In this document: piece by piece, positions 51,129 through 60,319 of the stretch | How positions within the stretch are numbered: the stretch's first letter is position 1 | How the letters are laid out: every line of letters starts with the position of its first letter | NCBI GenBank assembly: GCA_965214095.1 | Contig: OZ243938.1 | Span: 2,400,001 to 2,464,000 of the forward strand | Source of the DNA: Candidatus Poribacteria bacterium | GTDB lineage: Bacteria; Poribacteria; WGA-4E; WGA-3G | Reading direction: 5' to 3' | DNA: 64,000 bases | Made by a program: the position numbers and the translations under genes | The notes under the pieces: generated by a model | The model's input: the letters and a program-made list of their open reading frames with translations, nothing else | Told to the model about the DNA's origin: nothing | Database searches by the model: none

Positions 51129-51487
51129 TGGATACCGATCTCTGCATTATTCGTATCGGTGATGGAGAAAGGGTCAGTGACACATTAGGAAATGTGCTTG
51201 ATACACCAGATATGGCAACCATCGGAGCATTTGCTGTATCTAAGGATCGTCCAACTGAACTTCATTATCACGATTTCGATGAATATTGGTATTTCACTGA
51301 AGGCACAACGACGGTGACTCTACGTACTGCTGATGGACAAAGCGAATCCTACCGCATTGGTCCAGGGGATTTAGTTATCACACCGAAAGGTGTTGAGCAT
51401 GGACACATTCCAGATGATGTTGTCAAAGGTGTGCAGTGGGTGAGTCTGATTCATCCGGATGCACGCCGTGGGCATCTACACAGGTGA
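51128..51487 (+). CDS. Cupin domain protein
   Basis: HYHDFDEYW..G; GD...P.GVEH. Confidence 0.85.
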   Translation: MDTDLCIIRIGDGERVSDTLGNVLDTPDMATIGAFAVSKDRPTELHYHDFDEYWYFTEGTTTVTLRTADGQSESYRIGPGDLVITPKGVEHGHIPDDVVKGVQWVSLIHPDARRGHLHR

Positions 51488-51489
51488 AA

Positions 51490-51642
51490 ATGCCAACACA
51501 AACGATTCCACTATCCAAACGGAGATTGGGACGCACTGGTTTAGATGTTGCTTGCCTCAGTATGGGTGGTGCGCGTATCGGTGGTGATCATGTCACTGAC
51601 GATGAAGCAATTAAAGCAGTCCGACGTGCAATCACATTAGGG
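51490..51642 (+). pseudogene. Aldo/keto reductase 5' fragment cut by IS607
   Basis: RRLGRTGLDVACLSMGG..RRAITLG stops just before the expected xNYxDT motif. Confidence 0.8.
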
Positions 51643-51709
51643 TTGAGCAACAGTATCTAAATACCTATATTTTTCTTGATATTTCTATGGATTTATAGTA
51701 TACTATTAT

Positions 51710-52297
51710 ATGGCTTATATATCAGCGCGTAAAGCAAGTGAACTGCTGGATTATACCCCCGACCATTTAAGGAAGTTGGCAAATGAAGGAAAGATTGAAT
51801 ATATCCGCACAGGAGGCGGACACAGACGCTATGATGTTGAAGGATACATCAAAAGCAAATCCCAATCAATTGCAACTGTTTGCTACTGCAGAGTATCCAG
51901 CACGAAGCAAAGAGATGATCTTGAACGACAAGTTGAATATATGCGAAGGATCTACCCCTCAGCAGAAGTTATCAGAGACATCGGGAGTGGTATCAACTTC
52001 AAAAGGAAAGGGCTTAGAACCTTATTGGAACGGCTTATGCAAGGTGATAAGCTCCAAGTTGTTATTGCCCATCGGGATAGGCTCGCCCGATTCGGTATCG
52101 AGCTTATACAATACCTCATTGAACAAAACGGTGGCGAACTCGTGGTTCTCGATCAAACAGAACACAGTCCGCAAGAAGAACTCACGCAGGATCTTCTCGC
52201 AATCCTGCACGTCTTCAGTAGCAGAATGCACGGGCTCAGAAGTTACCGTGACAAAATCAAAGAAGATAAGAGTTTATCCGACAACAGAACAACGTGA
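51710..52297 (+). CDS. tnpA: IS607 transposase (MerR-like HTH plus serine recombinase)
   Basis: RTGGGHRRY, YCRVSS, DIGSG, DRLARFG; TTGATA-17 bp-TATACT directly upstream. Confidence 0.93.
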   Translation: MAYISARKASELLDYTPDHLRKLANEGKIEYIRTGGGHRRYDVEGYIKSKSQSIATVCYCRVSSTKQRDDLERQVEYMRRIYPSAEVIRDIGSGINFKRKGLRTLLERLMQGDKLQVVIAHRDRLARFGIELIQYLIEQNGGELVVLDQTEHSPQEELTQDLLAILHVFSSRMHGLRSYRDKIKEDKSLSDNRTT

Positions 52298-53366
52298 AAC
52301 ACTGCGTCAGTGGTTTGGCACAGCACGTTTTACTTATAATAAAACGATTGCTTTGTTGAACGAAACAGACACAAAAGCGAATTGGAAAGCGATAAAAACA
52401 GGTATTCTTCACAATCTTCCTGAATGGAGTAAAGAAACACCGTATCAAGTGAAATCTGTTGCTATCCGAGATGCTTGTATAGCTGTCCGAGAAGCAAAGC
52501 GAAAATGTAAGAAAACAGGACAATATCAATCTGTTTTCTTCAAATCTAAACGTCGTCCATCAGATAGTATTTTCATTCCGAAGTCTTCCATAAAAAAACA
52601 AGGTGTTTACCACACCTTGCTGGGACACCTCAAAATGTCAGAGATGTTACCTGATAATATCTGTGACTCACGCCTCGTGAAAGAGAATGATAAATACTAT
52701 CTCTGTGTTTCCTATACTGTGACAACTCCGAAGCGAAAGCCAAACGGACGTGTTGTTGCTTTAGACCCTGGCGTGAGAACATTCCTCACATATTTTCATG
52801 AGCGTGGTTTCGGATGGCTTGGACACCATGCTATTAATCGGATTCAAAGACTCTGTTCATATCTCGATGACCTATTATCTCGTGCAGCTAAAGCAAATAG
52901 ACAATCACGCAAGAATATGAGACGCGCTGCAAACAGAATACGCACACGCATAAAAAATCTTGTAGATGAATTGCATCATAAAGTCGCACGATACCTTGTG
53001 GATACCTTTGATATTATCTTACTCCCAACGTTTGAGACTTCAGATATGGTAATGCGTGGAAAACGAAAACTACGAAAGAGGTCTGCCCGACAAATGTTGA
53101 CACTCTCTCACTACAGATTCAAACAGTTCCTAAAACATAAAGCGAAAGAAACTGGATTTATCGTCGTTGATGTCTGTGAAGCATACACATCAAAAACAGT
53201 TTCTTGGACTGGTGAGATGAGAAAATCACTCGGTGGACGCAAGATAATCAAAGATAGCACAGGACGCAAGATGAACAGAGACTTGAATGGCGCACGTGGG
53301 ATATTCCTGCGTGCTTTGGTAGATGAGCCCTGGTTACTCTCTATGAGTAACTTGCAAACCGTATAA
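51783..53366 (+). CDS. tnpB: TnpB RNA-guided nuclease, pro-Fanzor type; true start uncertain (conserved core from about 52248)
   Basis: KKIRVYPT, ALDPGVRTF, LLPTFE, CEAYTSKT, NRDLNGARGI. Confidence 0.9.
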   Translation: MKERLNISAQEADTDAMMLKDTSKANPNQLQLFATAEYPARSKEMILNDKLNICEGSTPQQKLSETSGVVSTSKGKGLEPYWNGLCKVISSKLLLPIGIGSPDSVSSLYNTSLNKTVANSWFSIKQNTVRKKNSRRIFSQSCTSSVAECTGSEVTVTKSKKIRVYPTTEQRETLRQWFGTARFTYNKTIALLNETDTKANWKAIKTGILHNLPEWSKETPYQVKSVAIRDACIAVREAKRKCKKTGQYQSVFFKSKRRPSDSIFIPKSSIKKQGVYHTLLGHLKMSEMLPDNICDSRLVKENDKYYLCVSYTVTTPKRKPNGRVVALDPGVRTFLTYFHERGFGWLGHHAINRIQRLCSYLDDLLSRAAKANRQSRKNMRRAANRIRTRIKNLVDELHHKVARYLVDTFDIILLPTFETSDMVMRGKRKLRKRSARQMLTLSHYRFKQFLKHKAKETGFIVVDVCEAYTSKTVSWTGEMRKSLGGRKIIKDSTGRKMNRDLNGARGIFLRALVDEPWLLSMSNLQTV

Positions 53367-53407
53367 GATGTGAAATACATAGTATTACACGGATATATAC
53401 AGGTTAA

Positions 53408-53788
53408 TATCATCGGTCGAGTAATTATCCCGAAGATGAACGCGATCGTGCAAAGGAACGCGGATTTGATGCCAGGGATTACCTCAGAAGTCTTGTTGAA
53501 CAATCCACGATTGATGATTTTCCTCTCACATTGGAAATTCGCAATCCAGACTTCGGTTCATACCCAAAACGAACGGTAGCCGATGTGTATCTTTACATCA
53601 ACGGAGAAAGAATTTCAGTTGCAGATAAACTCTTTGAAACTCGGCATGCAGTTCCGTTCTCGTTTGACTACGATTTTCAGTGGGGACAACCGGAACTTGA
53701 TTTTCAATCCTGGTATAGAATGCTTGGGATTGACGATCCTGTTACTCCTGATGTAGATGAAAGTATTCCCGATAATGAATTACCTTAG
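53408..53788 (+). pseudogene. 3' fragment of an unrelated gene, possibly thermonuclease (SNase)-like
   Basis: Open frame YHRSSNYPEDERDRAKERGFDARDYLRSLV..FGSYPKRTVADVY..HAVPF with no start; preceded by in-frame TAA at the IS junction. Confidence 0.5.
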
Positions 53789-53864
53789 CAGACTGTATGG
53801 TATGTGAGTCTGATTATTCTTTGAATTGATATAAAATACGCTATGGAACATAGGAGAAGATTGA

Positions 53865-54617
53865 ATGAAATTTCAGGGTAAGGTCGCATTAGTAACAGGA
53901 GGTAGCCGCGGTATTGGCAAAGCAACTGCATTGAAACTTGCGAGTGAAGGCGCGACTGTTGCTGTGCATTATTCCCAATCATCTGCTAAAGCGGAAGATG
54001 TCTGTGCTGAAATCAAAAACGAACATCATCAGAAAGCATTACCTTTCCAAGCCGACATATCGGACAGAGAAGCAGTGAACAAGATGGTTGCCTCTGTCAC
54101 TAAAGAACTTGGAACAATTGATATCTTGGTGAATAATGCTGGTGATGTTGGTGATATGGTATTTGACGAACTTACACCTGAACATTGGGATAGGATCATT
54201 GCAATAAACTTGACTGGTCCCTTCAACGTGCTGTGGGCAGTCAAACCGGGGATGATCAAACAGCAGTTTGGTCGTATTGTAAATGTATCGTCTATCGCCG
54301 CGTTGGCAGTACGTCCGAACCAGCTGCCTTATGCTGCTGCGAAAGCCGGTATTATATCTCTCACAAAATCGTGTTGTGGTCCACTGGCAGCACATAATAT
54401 CCGTATCAATTCAGTAGCACCAGGGGCAATAGGAACGGATATGCTAAGTGAAGTTTCACCTGAAATGGTGGAGCAACTCCGAGCCACAACGCCACTTGGT
54501 AGGCTTGGTGAACCGGAAGAGATGGCAAACGTGATAGCGTTTCTTCTGAGCGAGGAATCCAGTTATATGACAGGTGCGACTGTGATTGCAAGTGGCGGCA
54601 GGATTCTTATACCGTAA
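53865..54617 (+). CDS. SDR-family oxidoreductase (FabG-like)
   Basis: TGGSRGIG, NNAG, YAAAK, PG. Confidence 0.92.
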   Translation: MKFQGKVALVTGGSRGIGKATALKLASEGATVAVHYSQSSAKAEDVCAEIKNEHHQKALPFQADISDREAVNKMVASVTKELGTIDILVNNAGDVGDMVFDELTPEHWDRIIAINLTGPFNVLWAVKPGMIKQQFGRIVNVSSIAALAVRPNQLPYAAAKAGIISLTKSCCGPLAAHNIRINSVAPGAIGTDMLSEVSPEMVEQLRATTPLGRLGEPEEMANVIAFLLSEESSYMTGATVIASGGRILIP

Positions 54618-55887
54618 CCTCAAGTTCTGTTGTACCGATTTCCAGATCAAATGCAATGTATGTCTGTTTCCCTTCAACCAGAAATGTATCTGTTTGAAAA
54701 TCTCTACGCGAACGCACTTCGCGCAAGTCCCACCCGTTAACTTGAATACGACGTATAGGTACATCAATACTGATTGTAAAGTTGGCTGTTGGGAATTGCG
54801 TGGAGATATTGATCTGATGTTTATCCGATTGCACGATAATATCAGTGAATTCCCGTGCCATCCAATAATGTCCAATCTCTGAGTTTTTCATCCAACGTGT
54901 CTTTGTTCCATCCGGGTCGTAGTTATCCAGACGTTCTTTAACAGTTTTCAGGACATCAAATCCGAGTTTTTCTCCATTGAAATAGAAACCGGGCCAATGT
55001 CCAACGAGGACACATGGGAGTTCTTTTTCAAGGATAAGTGGCAAACGTCCGCCTTGTAAGTCCTCTGTGATGAACCGGTCAGCATTCCCTAAATCGTATC
55101 CTGTCCATCCACCAAACCAGTCCCCCGCACACGCAACAATACTTGCAATAGCAACTCCTTTTTCCTTTTCGACATGCCAGATAGGAACATCAGGCAGTTC
55201 ATCATGTTTGAGCCAAAGAAAATAGAAAGGACGTGGATCGTTGTTGACTTCTTGTGATGCGGTTAAGACCGCTTTTGAATATGCTGCCTCTTGACGTTTC
55301 CCGAATGCCCCAGGACTCGTTACCCCTTCACACGGAATACCGACGTTGTTTAATATTTCCATTGCAGTGATGATATAATCAGTTAATCTATTATCAACCG
55401 GTGGATTCACCCACTCAACCTGTTCCCATTCATCAGTAAGGGCAAATGTATTCAGATTGACGACAGCGGTGTGGGTTAACATCTCAGGTGTCAAATCAAA
55501 GTTCGGCCAGATTATTTCACGGTAAATCCGCATCCATGACTGATATTCATGTATCGGACTATTTTCTACAGCTTCGGAAGGAAATCCTTCGTCAACTCTG
55601 CCCATGCCAGCTGGATACGGAATGAGACTAAATTTTCCTTTAACACCGTTCTCCCAACACCATTCTGCCCACTCCCACGCAAAATCGGCTGGTATAGTAT
55701 TAGGCATGTTTTTGTGTTGTGCTGCATCCCCTTCCCAACGGTCTGGTGGCACATTCGGTTTATGTTTTGCTTTCCACCCATGCCTCTGCTGAATCCAATA
55801 GTAGGTAAGGTTAATCACTGGACACGAATCATCAACAATGAGGGACAGTGGGGTTCTGAGGAGTGGATTACAGATGCGAACTTTCAT
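54607..55887 (-). CDS. Hypothetical protein, possible carbohydrate esterase/deacetylase-like fold
   Basis: 426-aa ORF; IVDD, EMLTH, GHW motifs. Confidence 0.6.
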   Translation of the reverse strand: MKVRICNPLLRTPLSLIVDDSCPVINLTYYWIQQRHGWKAKHKPNVPPDRWEGDAAQHKNMPNTIPADFAWEWAEWCWENGVKGKFSLIPYPAGMGRVDEGFPSEAVENSPIHEYQSWMRIYREIIWPNFDLTPEMLTHTAVVNLNTFALTDEWEQVEWVNPPVDNRLTDYIITAMEILNNVGIPCEGVTSPGAFGKRQEAAYSKAVLTASQEVNNDPRPFYFLWLKHDELPDVPIWHVEKEKGVAIASIVACAGDWFGGWTGYDLGNADRFITEDLQGGRLPLILEKELPCVLVGHWPGFYFNGEKLGFDVLKTVKERLDNYDPDGTKTRWMKNSEIGHYWMAREFTDIIVQSDKHQINISTQFPTANFTISIDVPIRRIQVNGWDLREVRSRRDFQTDTFLVEGKQTYIAFDLEIGTTELEVTV

Positions 55888-55893
55888 TACTTT

Positions 55894-56688
55894 CTAATCC
55901 TTTGACACAGGTTTATTCTTAATTCTCTCAATAGTCCTTTTGATGAACGGAACATCATCTACCCATAAACCTTCAATACCATTTTGCATTGTCCATTCAA
56001 CATCTTGTGTTGTTAGGATGAAGCCTGCATCAACAACAAATCCGTTTGACCGAAGTTCATCAACTTGTCGTGAGATAGAGTGTGTAATGGAGTTGTAGAG
56101 TTTAAAATGATTGAATTTGCTCCATCCAAAGATGACACGTTTTATATCTATCTTCGCAGCTGCCTTGATAAAGTTAGTCATGGGATTGAGGAAAATCGCG
56201 CTTGTTTGGAGACGTGGTTCTAAACGTTTGGCATCAATGAGTATCTGTTTCCGTATGTAAAATGTAAGAATATTCACAAGGTGAATAACATCAAAATGGT
56301 GTATCCTTTCAATAACGATCGGTAGCAGTTCAGGTGTGTCAGATTTCGGTTCAATAAAGCACGGCATCTGGTTTTCCTGTACAAATCTGAGTGCGTCATC
56401 AAGGTGTGCCACAGGTTCATCCGAATCTAGTACCTTTAGATTCTGCACTTCTTTCCATTTCATTTTATTGATGGGAGTGGTACATCCTGTCGCTGCGCGA
56501 ATATCGTTTCGATTGAAATCCACATGGATGAGGGCAGGCTGTTTATCTTGTGTAAGGTAGACATCACATTCAAAGGCATCGGCACCATCTGTAAATGCTT
56601 GTTTAAAGGAGATGAGTGTGTTTTCGGGGGCGCGTCCCATACCACCACGATGTGCAAAGAGTTGTATCTTCATATATGGTTTGTTCAA
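55894..56688 (-). CDS. Glycerophosphodiester phosphodiesterase family protein
   Basis: AHRG..PENT, ECDV, IH, IEPK. Confidence 0.87.
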   Translation of the reverse strand: MNKPYMKIQLFAHRGGMGRAPENTLISFKQAFTDGADAFECDVYLTQDKQPALIHVDFNRNDIRAATGCTTPINKMKWKEVQNLKVLDSDEPVAHLDDALRFVQENQMPCFIEPKSDTPELLPIVIERIHHFDVIHLVNILTFYIRKQILIDAKRLEPRLQTSAIFLNPMTNFIKAAAKIDIKRVIFGWSKFNHFKLYNSITHSISRQVDELRSNGFVVDAGFILTTQDVEWTMQNGIEGLWVDDVPFIKRTIERIKNKPVSKD

Positions 56689-57119
56689 CTAATCTGTGCT
56701 GGATGGTCTCCCAAACTCAGTAATGCTCTACGTAGATTAACTTGTTGTAGTAGATTCATATTTAATGCCTCAACTGTGGCTCTGCCTGTACGCGTGCGTC
56801 CAATTATATGTAGAAAATCTCTACTCCACATAAAATGTCTTTGCCACTGTTTTTCACGAGGATTGAAAAGAAATACGCGTAAACCTGTCTGTGGGTCAAC
56901 TGCGTGTGTTTTTGCATGCTTGTGGTTGTTACAACGCGGACATGCCCACGCTAAATTGTCTAATGAATTGGTTCCACCGATTTTTTGAGGAATTATATGT
57001 TCACAATGGAAAGAAGAGGTGGCGAAACTATCAGGTATTCTGCAATATTCGCAGAATCCTTTCGCACGTTCTTGTATTTGTCGACGTATACGAGCAGAAA
57101 TACGATTAGTGGACATCAT
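56685..57119 (-). CDS. HNH endonuclease
   Basis: CEYC, EHIIP, NLAWAC..CNNHK, LFNPR. Confidence 0.9.
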   Translation of the reverse strand: MMSTNRISARIRRQIQERAKGFCEYCRIPDSFATSSFHCEHIIPQKIGGTNSLDNLAWACPRCNNHKHAKTHAVDPQTGLRVFLFNPREKQWQRHFMWSRDFLHIIGRTRTGRATVEALNMNLLQQVNLRRALLSLGDHPAQIS

Positions 57120-57139
57120 CCTTTGCTATATTCCTGCCT

Positions 57140-57613
57140 TTAGTTTTCTGATTGATTTAGTTGCGAAATAGATTCATAGTAGTCAGGTGGTTCATGATGG
57201 GAAATTAGTAGACCATATTCTGATAGAATTTTGATTGCAGGTTTTTCCCAACGGTGTACTAAGATAGCGAGTGCCTCAATACGTTTAACATTCATCTTTC
57301 CCAACTTTGTTATAAAATTCTCATATTCAACTGATTCGTCATCGTTCAAATCTGTATCCTCTCGCTTAAGTCGCAATTCCCAATATCGTCGGTGCTCTTT
57401 TTTAAGTAAACGGGTGTTTTTCCGTATGAAGTCTAATACCTCGTCATCTGAAGCATTAGGGTCTAAATCTTCATCTGGTGAATGGTCCTGATGTTCTTGC
57501 CATTCAGTGAACTTTTGCCTAAATTCATCCAATTCTACGGGTGATAACTGTTTTACGCTATTTAACAGATGTTCTACTCTCAGTTCGGTCGGTATATCAA
57601 CGGTTGCCATCAT
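57140..57613 (-). CDS. Hypothetical helical protein, putative partner of the HNH nuclease
   Basis: GGAGG RBS; co-oriented 20 nt upstream of the HNH gene. Confidence 0.7.
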   Translation of the reverse strand: MMATVDIPTELRVEHLLNSVKQLSPVELDEFRQKFTEWQEHQDHSPDEDLDPNASDDEVLDFIRKNTRLLKKEHRRYWELRLKREDTDLNDDESVEYENFITKLGKMNVKRIEALAILVHRWEKPAIKILSEYGLLISHHEPPDYYESISQLNQSEN

Positions 57614-57730
57614 CCTTCCTCCGATAATTTTGGTAATCAGATCTATGCAAATACAGTTTCCTTATCCAAAAGTATAACACATCTTTCTGTTTGTTGCTAT
57701 TTATTGTGGACGGATAGTATGTGGTATCAA

Positions 57731-58462
57731 TTATTCTTCTTTCTTCTTATGCCACATCCATTCAAAGTTGTCTTGCGGTTGAAATCCTAATATCCGTTTC
57801 GTTTTGGCATTTGAAAATTGCTGGTGTGGTAGATCGGCAAAGATGTTGAAGATCTCACACTTTGATGGTAATTCTTCAAGATCAATTTCTAACCCCAAAC
57901 GAAACGCCTCACCCGCATCCCGCCAACTAACTGAAAATGGGTTGAGATCGCTGCCTGCTCTCTCATAATTGATGTCTTGGAAACTAAGAAAAAGATAACA
58001 GAGGACATATATATCGTAATTTTCAGTAAAGACTTTGCAGATTTCTTGTCCAAGTCCCTTCGTTAATGGATATAATCCTGTACTTGTTTTAGGTGGAACA
58101 TCTGGATTTATCTCGTAATCCCAACTTGTATATGCATCTCCTTGGATAGTGAAGTGAGGCCCTGTATTTATAACACGTTGGATCCCGTGTTCAACAGCAG
58201 CACGCATTGTGTTGTATGCTCCACGTGTGCTAACATCAAATGCCAATTGCCGATCATGACGAAGCACGGAGCAATTGATGATTGTATCCATCCCTTCCGA
58301 TGCACGAAGGACTTGATCTAACGAACTAACATCAATATGTAGGGATTCATGTTTTGTGTCAATCTCGTTGATGTCTGTTACGCGCAAGCTGTAGTAGGGT
58401 TCTAATGCTTTGACTACGTGTGGTCCAAGATAGCCATTACCACCTAAAATGAGAACTTTCAT
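57731..58462 (-). CDS. NAD-dependent epimerase/dehydratase (uronate dehydrogenase-like)
   Basis: GGNGYLG, YPLTK. Confidence 0.85.
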   Translation of the reverse strand: MKVLILGGNGYLGPHVVKALEPYYSLRVTDINEIDTKHESLHIDVSSLDQVLRASEGMDTIINCSVLRHDRQLAFDVSTRGAYNTMRAAVEHGIQRVINTGPHFTIQGDAYTSWDYEINPDVPPKTSTGLYPLTKGLGQEICKVFTENYDIYVLCYLFLSFQDINYERAGSDLNPFSVSWRDAGEAFRLGLEIDLEELPSKCEIFNIFADLPHQQFSNAKTKRILGFQPQDNFEWMWHKKKEE

Positions 58463-58486
58463 GGAATCTCCTTATGTATATACTTG

Positions 58487-59194
58487 TTATTTTGTCGGTG
58501 GCACAAATTGTGGGTTGAATTTCAGGTGTCCCTTTGCCTTGCTGATGTCAAAACGGGAACTGGGGAACTCCGATTGAACGTGAAAGATACCCCATCCTGA
58601 TGGAGCATCAATTGCACCTTGGAAGGCAGTGACCGCATCGTTTATTTCAAGCCACATAGAGTTGAATTCTGATTTTGGAGCATCTTCTGTAGTGACGATT
58701 GCTCCCAGTCTCAGACATGTAACTTTGATTTTCCTTTCGAGCGCGAATTCTCGGCAAGTGAATTCACCGAGGTGTTTTGCAAGAACATCTCCCTCAGTGT
58801 GAGGACGTGGTCTCCAATTTTCTTTCACTGTCCAATCTTCTCCGTGTTGTTCAAACAAGCGGAGTGTGCTTGCATAGATGAAGTGTTTGACACCCTCTGC
58901 TGATGCAGCGATCAACAGGTTATAGGTGCAACGGGTTTGAAAATCAATCTCAAAGTTTTCTGGTTCGTTGGCTTGTGTCTTAAGTTCAGGTGGTGTATGT
59001 GCAATATGAACAATTGTATCTATGCCTTTCACTAAATCGTTAGTTGATTCATCATGTCCTAAGTCGCTTTGTATGAAGTCATAATTAGTATCAACATGTA
59101 GGAGTTCAGTTAGTCGGACTGTGTGTGAATCGGCGGCTGCGTCTGCTAATTTACGTGCTAATTCAGAACTTGCTGAAGTAATCAATATTTTCAT
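58487..59194 (-). CDS. NAD-dependent epimerase-like protein with degenerate motifs
   Basis: Same fold cues (YAST, CLRLG) but TSASSELA replaces GxxGxxG and DVLAK replaces YxxxK. Confidence 0.75.
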   Translation of the reverse strand: MKILITSASSELARKLADAAADSHTVRLTELLHVDTNYDFIQSDLGHDESTNDLVKGIDTIVHIAHTPPELKTQANEPENFEIDFQTRCTYNLLIAASAEGVKHFIYASTLRLFEQHGEDWTVKENWRPRPHTEGDVLAKHLGEFTCREFALERKIKVTCLRLGAIVTTEDAPKSEFNSMWLEINDAVTAFQGAIDAPSGWGIFHVQSEFPSSRFDISKAKGHLKFNPQFVPPTK

Positions 59195-59229
59195 TGGTTT
59201 GCTCTAAAATTTGGGATGTTAGGTTTGGT

Positions 59230-59640
59230 CTATAAAGCCTTTTGAATTTTCGTAGCGATATTGTTAATTTCTTCTATGTCCCCTTCACTCGGTTTCCAAG
59301 GTAGTCGTAATGGGTCACCTTCCCATCTTGGGATTAGATGTAGATGGAAATGGAAGACTGTTTGGAATCCTGCTGCTTCGTTTGATTGGAATAGGTTGAG
59401 TCCATCTGGATTCAACGCTTTCCGTATTGCTGCAGCAAGAGGGACAGCGGTTTCCATTATTTTACTGCCGACTTCTGCAGGCATGTCAAAAATATTTCGG
59501 TAATGTTGTTTCGGTATAATAAGTAGATGTCCAGGATTTGCTGGGGCGATGTCCATAAAAGCGAAGACATGTTCGTCTTCGTATACTTGGCAAGATGGGA
59601 TTTTCCCTTCAACGATTGCACAAAAGATACATTCCATCAA
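59230..59640 (-). CDS. HIT family protein
   Basis: CIFC, GHLLIIPK, HFHLH. Confidence 0.92.
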   Translation of the reverse strand: MMECIFCAIVEGKIPSCQVYEDEHVFAFMDIAPANPGHLLIIPKQHYRNIFDMPAEVGSKIMETAVPLAAAIRKALNPDGLNLFQSNEAAGFQTVFHFHLHLIPRWEGDPLRLPWKPSEGDIEEINNIATKIQKAL

Positions 59641-59699
59641 TCTATTTCCTCATAAGAATTTTGTGATATTTTAGCAGGTTGAACATATAAATTCAATAA

Positions 59700-59840
59700 T
59701 ATACCATTTCTGAAAAATAACTTCTCATTAAAGAAAGGAACCGTTCGTAGTCGCGCAATTCATTGCGCCTCTTACATTCTCTATTTTAAAGTTAGAATTC
59801 ATACTCTTATAATGAGATATTCTCTACTAGAAATGGTAAT
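59700..59840. repeat. MITE family B copy with REP-like hairpin
   Basis: TATACCATTTCTG...TAGAAATGGTAAT ends; GTAGTCGCGCAATTCATTGCGCC at 59747. Confidence 0.8.
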
Positions 59841-60319
59841 ATATATGACCTGTTAGGAATATTTGTTGAGTGTGGTTAGGAAATCGCTAAATCAAGAAAT
59901 CAACGGTATGAATACCTTTGACGAACACGCGCATGGTATTCGCCATGATTCCTCCTACGGGGTTCAAAGCAAATGAGAATTACCGCATTAACAAATTAAT
60001 CTTCATTAGGCACTCCCGGAGTGGCACTCTACATGATTTCCTTCAATCGGATCTTTGAACGTAATCTTTGGGGCAAAATGATGTCCATATACCTATTATC
60101 AAACTCACATTAATTCAGTTATCCTAATTTTTCCGCTCATTAATTACTAAACTTTAATGGGGTGAGTTGCGTCAAAATCGTTATACACCATACCATAATA
60201 TCTCACTTAAAATTGTTCAGAACTTTTTGAAATTGGTTATTGTCAAAACTTAGTAAAACTAAATACTTATAATCACAATCTTCAGCAGGAATAGTTTATG
60301 TTGTTTTAAGGAGACGCTA

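Larger units (their letters stand above)
51641..53405 (+). mobile_element. IS607-family element
   Basis: Starts at a GG dinucleotide, no TIR or TSD; serine-recombinase tnpA plus tnpB; right boundary approximate. Confidence 0.88.

Noticed and set aside
53370-53579. 69-aa ORF after tnpB
   Set aside because: It spans the IS junction and overlaps a more protein-like frame; likely spurious.
59882-60080. c-di-AMP (ydaO) riboswitch, 6S RNA or tRNA
   Set aside because: Only short resemblances (AATCGCTAAATC, TTGGGGC, GGTTCAA); the conserved cores and a cloverleaf are missing.
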